Assembly: GCA_039920445.1 (NCBI GenBank)
Contig: JBDSDS010000242.1
Location: forward strand, 1-28,627
Source of the DNA: Chloroflexia bacterium
Lineage (GTDB): Bacteria > Chloroflexota > Chloroflexia > QHBQ01 > JADMIH01
Length of the DNA: 28,627 bases
Direction: 5' to 3'
Numbering within the stretch: position 1 is the first letter of the stretch; each line of letters opens with the position of its first letter. The translations under genes and the position numbers were made by a program. Positions 8,979 through 16,905 of this stretch are shown in pieces. Below the pieces are notes generated by a model. The model did no database searches and was not told the DNA's origin. It saw only the letters and a list, made by a program, of their open reading frames with translations.

Positions 8979-9189
8979 TCCCTTACCCTTCTTTCACAAG
9001 CCACAACCGGATGAGACTCGCTTGGCGTAGCGGCTAGATAAAACTAGCTACACCGTCTGTAAAAATCCCTCTGCAGAATAGAAAAAACTAGTCATGCGAG
9101 GAAGGACTTGCCTCCGCTATAGTCTGCACATGACAAACACCCAATCGCGGGTACACGAAGCAGACTTTAGTGAAAACAAGGAGGCAACA

Positions 9190-9771
9190 ATGAAGGTTCT
9201 ATTCTCTCTCATCGTCCTGGTAGCTGCCGTTGTAAGCACAGGCACTCTACAAGCATACGCCCAGGCGAAAGACCCCGCGTCGGTCATTGCCTATGGGACC
9301 GCCCAGGTGAATGCTCATAACCTCGATGCGTTGATGTCCATATTCGCAGACGATGCGGTAGTCAACAACGATGGAACTTTGTTCGCCGGCAAGGAACAGG
9401 TACGTGGATTCTTGAAGGCAGCACTTGACGATTTTATCAGCACCACCATCGTGGGCGAGTTCACAGTAAACGGTAACAAGGTAACCTGGCGGGAAGAAGA
9501 TCGCATCAAGTCACTCACGCAGATAGGCGTCCCCGTGATTTATAGCAGCGGCGAGGCTGTCGTAGAGGACGGTCTGATCAAATCGATGGTATTCACGACC
9601 GAAGCTGCCTCGATAGCCGAAATAGAGAGGGCCATGGCTGCTGTTCCCAGCGGCATGCCATCGACAGGCGCTAATGAGGTCTTGAACTTCATAATGATGG
9701 CAGTTGTTGGAGCCATTCTAGTTGTCGCGGGCCTTATGGTGAGGACACGAAGGGCTGGCATAACACACTAA
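9190..9771 (+). CDS. Secreted NTF2/SnoaL-like protein with a C-terminal LPXTG-type (MPSTG) sorting signal
   Basis: ATG 9190 follows AAGGAGG; signal peptide ending AYA-QA; SnoaL-like VNAHNLDALMSIFADDAVV...GKEQVRGF; C-terminal MPSTG, hydrophobic helix and RTRR tail. Confidence 0.8.
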   Translation: MKVLFSLIVLVAAVVSTGTLQAYAQAKDPASVIAYGTAQVNAHNLDALMSIFADDAVVNNDGTLFAGKEQVRGFLKAALDDFISTTIVGEFTVNGNKVTWREEDRIKSLTQIGVPVIYSSGEAVVEDGLIKSMVFTTEAASIAEIERAMAAVPSGMPSTGANEVLNFIMMAVVGAILVVAGLMVRTRRAGITH

Positions 9772-9788
9772 CAACACTTAGAAAGCAC

Positions 9789-9830
9789 AAAAGAGTAGCA
9801 GTTCCCACCATCGGGGATGCTGCTCTTTTT
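9789..9830 (+). terminator. Rho-independent terminator, probably bidirectional
   Basis: AAAAGAGTAGCA...TGCTGCTCTTTTT stem with an inner TCCC/GGGA, a T-tract and a mirrored A-tract, 17 nt after the stop at 9771. Confidence 0.85.
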
Positions 9831-9882
9831 GACGCTCTGTATGTCAGGCTGAATACGTCGAACAGAATACGGTAGCCTTCTA

Positions 9883-9921
9883 TGCTATACTTAAATGTGC
9901 TATTTCAGGGGAGGACTCCAG
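9883..9921 (+). promoter_or_regulatory. Extended -10 promoter and RBS of the hisS 5' stub
   Basis: TGcTATACT at 9883-9891; GGGGAGG RBS at about 9908-9914 ahead of ATG 9922. Confidence 0.6.
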
Positions 9922-10056
9922 ATGCCAGAAGAGTTAGAGCAAAGAAGCAAATCGAGGATATATCCTCAGCACCTCATGGGCTTCCGCGATCTAATGCCTG
10001 CCAGCATATCTGTGCTTTCAGCCTTGACATTTGAGCTTCCCTGTTCTACAATCTAG
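9922..10056 (+). pseudogene. Orphan 5' fragment of a histidyl-tRNA synthetase gene (44-aa ORF; the first 26 codons are hisS-like)
   Basis: MPEELEQRSKSRIYPQHLMGFRDLMP versus hisS ISKITPQRLKGFRDLMP: 12/16 aa identical and 35/45 nt identical (9955-9999 versus 10815-10859). Confidence 0.85.
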
Positions 10057-10070
10057 ACAGACTAGACAGG
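10024..10070 (+). promoter_or_regulatory. Sigma70 promoter of the TA-hisS operon with a tandem operator-like repeat
   Basis: TTGACA (10024-10029), 17 nt, TACAAT (10047-10052), followed by CTAGACAGA/CTAGACAGG direct repeats (10053-10070). Confidence 0.85.
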
Positions 10071-10093
10071 TTAGCTAGAAAGATTGGGTTTGC

Positions 10094-10348
10094 ATGGCCC
10101 GTATATGGCAACTTCAAGAGGCAAAGAATAAGCTGAGTGAAGTCGTTGAGGAGGCCTTGAAGAGTGGTCCGCAAGTCATAACCCGGCGCGGTGTTGAGAC
10201 GGCGGTTGTTCTCTCTATCGACGACTACAAGAAAATGCTGCTCGGTCAGAAGAGGCTCTCTGATTTCTTCCGAGAATCTCCACTCGCCGGTGTAGATGTT
10301 GATATAGCACGCGATACCAGCCCCATACGCGATGGCGGCGTCATGTAA
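10094..10348 (+). CDS. Type II TA antitoxin, Phd/YefM family
   Basis: WQLQEAKNKLSEVVEEA...GPQVITRRG...AVVLS; 84 aa; directly upstream of a PIN gene. Confidence 0.92.
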   Translation: MARIWQLQEAKNKLSEVVEEALKSGPQVITRRGVETAVVLSIDDYKKMLLGQKRLSDFFRESPLAGVDVDIARDTSPIRDGGVM

Positions 10349-10353
10349 ATGCT

Positions 10354-10773
10354 GTGAGGTATCTGCTGGACACTAACGTTATCTCAGAGCTTGTTGCCAG
10401 GAAACCAAATGCGCAGGTAATCGAGTGGATTGATGCGCTGGACCCCAGCAGCGTTTACCTCAGCGTTATCACCATAGGTGAGTTAAGTAAGGGTATCGAG
10501 AAGCTGGTAGAGTCGCCCCGGAAGGACAGACTTCGCGCCTGGCTGAGTGATGATTTGCTGGTTCGCTTCGATGGGAGGCTGTTGTCACTCGACGTAGAAG
10601 TAATGCTAACGTGGGGTCGCCTGGTAGCACAGTTGGAGCGTACTGGTAGAAGCCTGCCGGCAATTGATTCCCTGATTGCTGCGCTGGCGATCCATCACCA
10701 TTGCAGTCTGGTCACACGGAACCAGGGAGATTTCATGGATACAGGCGTGACAGTCGTTAACCCATGGACGTAA
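10354..10773 (+). CDS. vapC: Type II TA toxin, VapC PIN-domain ribonuclease
   Basis: YLLDTNVISE, LSVITIGEL..G, IDSLIAALA, LVTRNQGDF; the acidic PIN residues are present. Confidence 0.93.
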   Translation: MRYLLDTNVISELVARKPNAQVIEWIDALDPSSVYLSVITIGELSKGIEKLVESPRKDRLRAWLSDDLLVRFDGRLLSLDVEVMLTWGRLVAQLERTGRSLPAIDSLIAALAIHHHCSLVTRNQGDFMDTGVTVVNPWT

Positions 10774-10784
10774 AGGAGACCTGA

Positions 10785-12152
10785 GTGGGCCAGGATCAAC
10801 CAGAGAAGATTAGCAAGATAACTCCACAGCGCCTCAAAGGCTTCCGCGACCTCATGCCCGAAGCCATGTTCGTGCGCCAGCATGTGGTGGACACGCTCAG
10901 GGGCATCTTCGAGATGCACGGCTTTGCTCCTCTTGAGACGCCTTCCCTCGAATACGCCACCACCCTCGAAGGCAAGTACGGCGACGCCGAGCGGCTTATC
11001 TACAAGTTTGAGGACAAGGGCGGGCGCAAGGTCGGCATGCGCTATGACCTCACCGTACCCCTCGCCCGCGTGGTGGCGATGCACCTCAACGACATACAGT
11101 TGCCCTGGAAGCGCTACCAGATCAGCCCAGTGTGGCGCGGCGAGAACCCGCAGTATGGGCGTTACCGCGAGTTCTACCAGTGCGATATCGACATCGTAGG
11201 CTCAGCCTCGATGGTGGCCGATGCTGAAATCCTCTCTATCTACGGCGAAGTGATGCAAAAGCTTGGCTTCACAGGCTACCGCGTGCTGATCAACAACCGC
11301 AAGCTGCTGGCGGGGCTGGCTCGGAGCGCGGGCGTGCCTTCCGACCAGGCGGGCACTATCTTCCGGGCCGTCGACAAGCTCGATAAGCTAAGTCCCGAAG
11401 CTGTGAGGGCCGAGATGGTGCGCAACGGCATAGACGATGGTGTGGCCGGGCGCGCGCTCGGCCTCTTTCTCACAGGCAAGGATGTTCGCACCTTCAACGA
11501 CAATATGGCCCTGCTGGGCGAACTTTCCGGCCCCCTCAAGAACGACCCACAGGCTACCGAAGGCATACAGGAGCTAAGCCAGATACTTGAGGCGCTTGGC
11601 AGCATGGGCGGCGACCTGGACCGCTTCAGGGTTGACATAGCCCTGGCGCGCGGCCTTGACTATTACACCGGCCCCGTCTACGAAATAGTGGTTGACGAGC
11701 CAAAGATAGGCTCGCTGGGCGGGGGCGGGCGCTACGACGAGCTTATGTCGCTCTTCTCAGGCCGCAACCTGCCTACCACCGGCGCATCGTTCGGCATGGA
11801 GCGCATCGTCGACGTGATGATAGACCTCAACATGATCGCCCCACGCTCGACCCCTAGCCGCGCACTCATCACGGTCTTCGACGCCACTCCCCAGAGCACG
11901 GGTGCTTCTCTCAGCCTCGCCTCCGAACTGCGTGGCCAGGGTATTCCTTGTGAAGTGTATCTTAACCCAGGCGACAAATTAGGTAAGCAATTCGCCTACG
12001 CCGACAGGCTGGGTATACTGTTTGCTATCGTACTTGGGCCAGACGAAATCTCTAACGGCACCGCAACCGTAAAAGAGCTAGGAGCGCCGCCCCCCAACCA
12101 ACAGACGGTCGAGAGGGCATCACTGGCTAAAGTGTTAGTAACGAGGGGTTAG
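10785..12152 (+). CDS. hisS: Histidine--tRNA ligase
   Basis: GFRDLMP, MRYDLTVPLAR, WRGENPQYGRYREFYQCDIDIVG, LARGLDYYTG, GGGRYD, GASFGMERI and the anticodon domain KLGKQFAYAD. GTG start after AAAGGAG. Confidence 0.98.
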   Translation: MGQDQPEKISKITPQRLKGFRDLMPEAMFVRQHVVDTLRGIFEMHGFAPLETPSLEYATTLEGKYGDAERLIYKFEDKGGRKVGMRYDLTVPLARVVAMHLNDIQLPWKRYQISPVWRGENPQYGRYREFYQCDIDIVGSASMVADAEILSIYGEVMQKLGFTGYRVLINNRKLLAGLARSAGVPSDQAGTIFRAVDKLDKLSPEAVRAEMVRNGIDDGVAGRALGLFLTGKDVRTFNDNMALLGELSGPLKNDPQATEGIQELSQILEALGSMGGDLDRFRVDIALARGLDYYTGPVYEIVVDEPKIGSLGGGGRYDELMSLFSGRNLPTTGASFGMERIVDVMIDLNMIAPRSTPSRALITVFDATPQSTGASLSLASELRGQGIPCEVYLNPGDKLGKQFAYADRLGILFAIVLGPDEISNGTATVKELGAPPPNQQTVERASLAKVLVTRG

Positions 12153-12192
12153 GAGTTAGAAACGTGAAACGTGAAAACCGACCCCTGATCCC
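12146..12192. repeat. Nested heptamer hairpin between hisS and the MATE gene
   Basis: GGGTTAG GAGTTAG / AAACGTG AAACGTG / CCGACCCCTGATCCC; the outer arms pair with G-U wobbles. The first heptamer supplies the hisS TAG. Confidence 0.7.
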
Positions 12193-12209
12193 AGAAAGAG
12201 CAACCCGAC

Positions 12210-13886
12210 TTGAAACGCAGCCCCAATGCCGCACCTGCCGGACCCACCGCGCCGGTCAAGCATAAAGATAACGGACACATCTCAGATGAAATAGCAGCGG
12301 AAGAAGCCGCACAACAGGTGGCCGCAGCGACCGACAGCGCGGTGATGGGCGGCTTCTCGATTGAGCCTGCGGCTCAGGCCGAAGCGGTGGTCGAGGGTGA
12401 GGAGCAGGTCGGCGACGTACTTACTCCCGAAGCGCGCAAAGAGGTGGGGCGCAAAGTCTTCAGGCTCGCCTGGCCCGCTATCGCCGAGAACGCCCTCCAG
12501 ACCCTCCTCGGCATCGTAGACACGGCAGTCGTGGCCCGCCTGGGCACAGCCGCGCTTTCCGGCGTGGGCGCATCACAACAGTTTATCTGGGTGCTTACGA
12601 CAGGTCTCATAGCCGTCAGCATGGGCACAACCGTTTTGATTGCGCGGTTTACGGGTGCGAGCCAGCCGGAGCGCGCAAACGCAGTCCTGAAACAGTCGCT
12701 GATGTTGGCTGCGGTGGTCGGCCTGTTACTTGCCCCGGTCGGCTTCTTCGCTCAAGACCTGATGAATACGCTCGGCCTATCGAGTGCGGCGGCAAAAGAA
12801 GGCGCAACATACCTCAGCATAACCCTCTTCACAGCCGTGCTGATTGTGATTATGTTCGTGGCGGGTGCGGCGCTCAGAGGCGCGGGCGACGCCAAGACCC
12901 CGATGTACGTTACTGGCTTCATCAACATCATCAACGCGGTGCTGGCGGTGGAGCTTGTCTTCGGTGGCGCGAAAGCGAGCGGCATCCTGGGCGGTTGGCT
13001 AAGCGGCCTCGTCTCGATATTCGTGCCGGGAGCGCAGGTAGACGTGCCTGGATTGACCTGGATACCGGAGATGGGCGTGGCGGGCGCGGCCTGGGCTGCG
13101 GTAATAGCACGTGCCATCGGCTCCCTGATCCTGTTGAGCTTCTTCCTCATGCCCAAATCGGCGCTCCAATTCTGGCGAGGCGGTTCGTGGCGACCCAACC
13201 TGAGCCTCATCGGACGCATCCTGAAGGTGGGCATCCCCGCCGCGCTGGAGCAGATGCTGATGTCGGTCGGTATACTGGTCTATAGTTTCCTCGTCATCGG
13301 CATGGGGGAGGTGATATTCGCCACATCTCGCCTCGCGCTCAATGCCGTCTTCCTGTCACAGATGCCCGGCTTCGGCTTCTCGATGGCGGCCACTACTCTC
13401 GTGGGGCAAAGCCTGGGTGCACGGCAGCCAGAAAGAGCCAAACTGGGGTCGCAACTCGCCACCCGCTCGGCACTCATCTGGATGAGCGTAATGGGCGTGG
13501 CTTTCTTCTTCTTCGGCGAGCAGATTCTGCACATCTTCACCGACGACCCGGAACTACTGAGGCTCGGCAACGACGCAATGAAGGTAATTGCATTCAGCCA
13601 GCCGCCGCTTGCCCTCGCGTTCGTGCTGGCAGGCTCGTTGCGTGGCGCGGGCGACGTGCACTTCCCGATGGTGGTCACGACGGTGGCGGTCTGGCTAGTC
13701 AGGCTGCCGACCGGGGCCTTCCTGGGGCTGCAAACCGTCTGCATACCCTTTACAAGCGTTTGTATGCCGGGGCTTGGTTGGGGCCTGCCTGGCATCTACG
13801 CCGCGCTCATCGTAGAGGCAAGCTTCCGGGCCATCCTAATGTACAGGCGCTTCAAGGCCGGCAAGTGGCAGACGATGAAGGTGTAA
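12210..13886 (+). CDS. MATE-family efflux transporter with an acidic N-terminal extension
   Basis: LAWPAIAENALQTLLGIVDTAVVARLG, ALRGAGDAKTPM, MGVAGAAWA, VGQSLGA, GSLRGAGD, YRRFKAGKW; about 12 TM segments. Confidence 0.93.
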   Translation: MKRSPNAAPAGPTAPVKHKDNGHISDEIAAEEAAQQVAAATDSAVMGGFSIEPAAQAEAVVEGEEQVGDVLTPEARKEVGRKVFRLAWPAIAENALQTLLGIVDTAVVARLGTAALSGVGASQQFIWVLTTGLIAVSMGTTVLIARFTGASQPERANAVLKQSLMLAAVVGLLLAPVGFFAQDLMNTLGLSSAAAKEGATYLSITLFTAVLIVIMFVAGAALRGAGDAKTPMYVTGFINIINAVLAVELVFGGAKASGILGGWLSGLVSIFVPGAQVDVPGLTWIPEMGVAGAAWAAVIARAIGSLILLSFFLMPKSALQFWRGGSWRPNLSLIGRILKVGIPAALEQMLMSVGILVYSFLVIGMGEVIFATSRLALNAVFLSQMPGFGFSMAATTLVGQSLGARQPERAKLGSQLATRSALIWMSVMGVAFFFFGEQILHIFTDDPELLRLGNDAMKVIAFSQPPLALAFVLAGSLRGAGDVHFPMVVTTVAVWLVRLPTGAFLGLQTVCIPFTSVCMPGLGWGLPGIYAALIVEASFRAILMYRRFKAGKWQTMKV

Positions 13887-13898
13887 ACACGCTTTCCT

Positions 13899-13959
13899 GA
13901 ATTATGAATTATGAGTTTTGAATTATGAATTGATTTCTCGTCCATCTAATTCATAATTC
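13899..13959. repeat. GAATTAT-heptamer palindromic element between the convergent MATE and YfhO genes
   Basis: 13906-13931 matches 921-946 at 25/26 nt; 12-bp arms (13920-13931 and 13948-13959) with a 16-nt loop; it supplies the YfhO C-terminus and TAA. Confidence 0.92.
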
Positions 13960-16826
13960 GGGAAGGGTAGCGGCCACCCAAGCAGGCCAATCACCACAAG
14001 CGAGATGAGCGACACAATAGCGCCCAGCGTAAACGACAACGGCCTATAGACGAACTTCACAGTATGCTCACCAACAGGCAGGTACACTGCTCGTAGCGCG
14101 TGGTCAGCGGTCAGAATAGGCACGGGTTGCCCGTCTACTTCCGCTTCCCAGCCCGGAAAGGCCAGATCACTCAAGACCAGCAGAGAAGCGCTACTGCTGA
14201 CGGTTTTTACTTCCACGTATTCAGGTTCATAACGAGTGATCGTTGCGCTGTCTGATTCCGAAACCGGAGAGCCGGGCAAAACCGACGAAGCGGATAACGG
14301 CTGGGAAAGAAGCGCAGTGCCCGCTATATAAAAGGTCGGATCGTACAGCCGCTTTATGCGCTCGCCAGCATCCGGCTGAACTTCTACCTGGTAGGTCAGC
14401 CAGGCACGGGGGAGCACTCTTCGGTTCTCGTAGACGCCGGGGCTATTGAAGCCGCCGCCTAGCACGCGCCTGAACCTCGGATTTTCAGAGCTGATTGCGG
14501 TAAGCGTGCGAAATACCAGGTCCCCTCCAACGGCACGGTCTCCTTCCCTGCGTGTGCCGCCGGGATAAGCGTCCTTCTGATTGTACCAGAGGGTTGCTGC
14601 ATGCCCGGGTTGGGCTTCCGGGGCGGAAAAGTAGAAGTAGAAGCGCCTGCCCTGCGTCGCGCTTATCGGTGGAAAGGTGATGGTCCAATAGCTGTTGTCG
14701 GGAAGTCGAGAGGCATCAAGCTCCTGAGTAACCAGTGTGGCGGCGGGGCCTTCCTTCAAGGTAAAGATAAGACGGCTGGCGGCCTGCTTGCCATAGGTAG
14801 CGCCCAGCACCTGGATACCGGCAAGGTTGTCGGCCTGTGCAATAAAGTCCTGCCCCGGCCTCAACTCGCCCGCGATCTCACCGACAGGCGCTGTATTGAT
14901 CTCCTGGCGCACGTCAGGCGCGTAGTTGGGGTCATCGCCCGGCGCGGTGATGATATAGCGCACGTTCAGTAAGTCGAGCGCACGCGAAAGATTGAAGCCT
15001 CCTGTAGTTAGCTGTTTGCGCGAAGGGTCGCCCCGGACGGCAAGCTGGTAGTAAAGCTGCGACTCCACTGCGTCGTAGCCGCGCAGGTCGGCGAGGCCAT
15101 AAGCCATGTTTGTAGTGGGTGTGAGTATCCCCTGGCTTGCGCTGACGCGGTAAGGGCCTTCCTTACCGCGCAGGAAATCGGTGGTCGAGGTTTGAGGGAA
15201 ATAGTGCTCAGGGCGAGTGGTGGGCAGGTACGTGATATGCGCTTGCCAGAGGTCAGCAAGCAGGACCAGGGGAATGAGCCACAGCACGGTGGACATGCGG
15301 CGCGACGACTTCCAGAGGATACCAATGAGCGCCAACACGCCACCACAAAGAAGCACGAGCAGGCCAGCCCGCCAGATCGCTTCGCCCCACACGCGATTCG
15401 CCAGTTCAGACTCCGTGGGCACGCCGAAGAAACTGTGAGCGAAGAATAGAGGCGCGAGCACGCCGAGGAGTAGAAGTGCCGCGACCCCGCCACCGAACGC
15501 CCAAACGAAAAGCCGCCTCTGCTCAGGTAGCGCGGAGAGCAGACCATGTACCCCCAGAGCCGCAAGGAGAGCCAGCGCAAACTCTACCAGCATTACCAGC
15601 CGGTTGTTCAGCACCAGTCGCATACCGGGCAGCGCCAGCGCGACATCCGAAATGCCCGGCCAGTTGTGTATTACGCCGAGGGCGAGAAGGATGGAGGCGG
15701 CAAGGAAGAGAGCCAGCCGCTTCTGGGCACGGTCGCGTAGTAGGAGAGCGAAAGGGGCAAGTAGCAGAGGGAAGATACCACTGTAATTGTTCGCCTCGTT
15801 ATAGTTAATGGGCGCGCCCCACTGCATCTTGAGGGCGGGATTGCCGAACAGGTCGGGGCTGAACGCGGTCCAGGCGTAATGAAAAGGCACAAAGAAGGGG
15901 GTCATCTGCCGCTCGGTGCGGCGCAGCATTGCCATGCTCATCTGAGAGTATTCAAGGAAAGGCAGCAGTTGCACCGCCGACACAAGCGCTCCGAGCAAAT
16001 AAGCGCCCGCCCACCAACCGAAAATGCGAATAAGCCTCTTTACGTTCAGAGGACCTGTTTGCCAGGCGTGAAAGAGCATGAACAGAGTTGTCGCCTGCCC
16101 CATGTGGTAGGCGGTCTCAGGGTGGCCCGCGAGCATATGCAATCCGACGAACACCGCCAGCAGAGCCGCACGCCGCGCACCGGGACGCTCGACCAGCCGC
16201 GCCGTTCCCCACCAAAGCCAGGGCAGCCAGATGACCGTCGCTGTGTGAGGATGGAGCAGCCATACAGTCATGAACGCGCCGAAGGTGAACGTGATGGCAG
16301 CCACGCCTGCTGCCAACGGGCCTATCTTCAACACCTCGCGTACCAGCACGTACATTCCAAGCGCTACAATGAAGAGCTTGAGCCAGCCACGCACAAGGAG
16401 CATCCAGGGGTCGGGCCAAGCGAAGTAAGGCCAGTTGAGTGGGTAGAATATACCTGACTGCATGTTGCCGAGAAACGGCGCGCCCAGCATATTGTTCGGA
16501 TTCCAGAGTGGGAGAGAGCCTTCTCTCAACCTTTTGGCGCTGTAAGCCAGCCACGGCTCAAACTGCACTGCGCTATCGACCAGCAGATTGTTGCTCGGAC
16601 CTTCCCAATCGCCGGGCCGCACTTCTCGCCAGGGATAGGAGTCGAGCAGCATGTCGACAGAAGAAAGGTAACGTCCGGTCAGCAGCGCGGGACTGAGGAA
16701 GAGGACTGCGAGCAGACCAAACAGAAGGGCTGCCCTTGATATTTCTGGCCGAGCCATGTTTGCTGTAGGAGGCATAACGTCTACAACTCTACCTAAGGTA
16801 AAAAGACTAGGCGTTATACTCAGCAA
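13923..16826 (-). CDS. YfhO-family (GT-C-like) polytopic membrane protein with an inserted extracytoplasmic beta-sandwich; start may be 16775 or 16757
   Basis: PLWNPNNMLGAPFLG...FYPL, LLHPH...WLP, AGHPE, DLRGYD, and the C-terminal YfhO-type LVLSDLAFPGWEAEVDG...LRAVYLPVGEHTVKFVYRP. Confidence 0.85.
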   Translation of the reverse strand: MLSITPSLFTLGRVVDVMPPTANMARPEISRAALLFGLLAVLFLSPALLTGRYLSSVDMLLDSYPWREVRPGDWEGPSNNLLVDSAVQFEPWLAYSAKRLREGSLPLWNPNNMLGAPFLGNMQSGIFYPLNWPYFAWPDPWMLLVRGWLKLFIVALGMYVLVREVLKIGPLAAGVAAITFTFGAFMTVWLLHPHTATVIWLPWLWWGTARLVERPGARRAALLAVFVGLHMLAGHPETAYHMGQATTLFMLFHAWQTGPLNVKRLIRIFGWWAGAYLLGALVSAVQLLPFLEYSQMSMAMLRRTERQMTPFFVPFHYAWTAFSPDLFGNPALKMQWGAPINYNEANNYSGIFPLLLAPFALLLRDRAQKRLALFLAASILLALGVIHNWPGISDVALALPGMRLVLNNRLVMLVEFALALLAALGVHGLLSALPEQRRLFVWAFGGGVAALLLLGVLAPLFFAHSFFGVPTESELANRVWGEAIWRAGLLVLLCGGVLALIGILWKSSRRMSTVLWLIPLVLLADLWQAHITYLPTTRPEHYFPQTSTTDFLRGKEGPYRVSASQGILTPTTNMAYGLADLRGYDAVESQLYYQLAVRGDPSRKQLTTGGFNLSRALDLLNVRYIITAPGDDPNYAPDVRQEINTAPVGEIAGELRPGQDFIAQADNLAGIQVLGATYGKQAASRLIFTLKEGPAATLVTQELDASRLPDNSYWTITFPPISATQGRRFYFYFSAPEAQPGHAATLWYNQKDAYPGGTRREGDRAVGGDLVFRTLTAISSENPRFRRVLGGGFNSPGVYENRRVLPRAWLTYQVEVQPDAGERIKRLYDPTFYIAGTALLSQPLSASSVLPGSPVSESDSATITRYEPEYVEVKTVSSSASLLVLSDLAFPGWEAEVDGQPVPILTADHALRAVYLPVGEHTVKFVYRPLSFTLGAIVSLISLVVIGLLGWPLPFPNYELDGREINS

Positions 16827-16905
16827 GGAATTGACAGAGCAAAGTTATAGATAAGACCTAACCTATCCTGACCGTGACAGCAATTATACAACAGGGAAAA
16901 GATTC

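Noticed and set aside
9094-9189. Longer ORF-track starts (9094, 5886, 18377, 22615, 27505)
   Set aside because: The downstream ATGs have better RBSs, signal peptides or homolog-like N-termini. 27505 remains possible because it has a GGAGG.
9831-10093. T-box or His-attenuator leader for hisS
   Set aside because: No T-box motif or His-codon run was seen; the short ORF is explained by HisRS homology.
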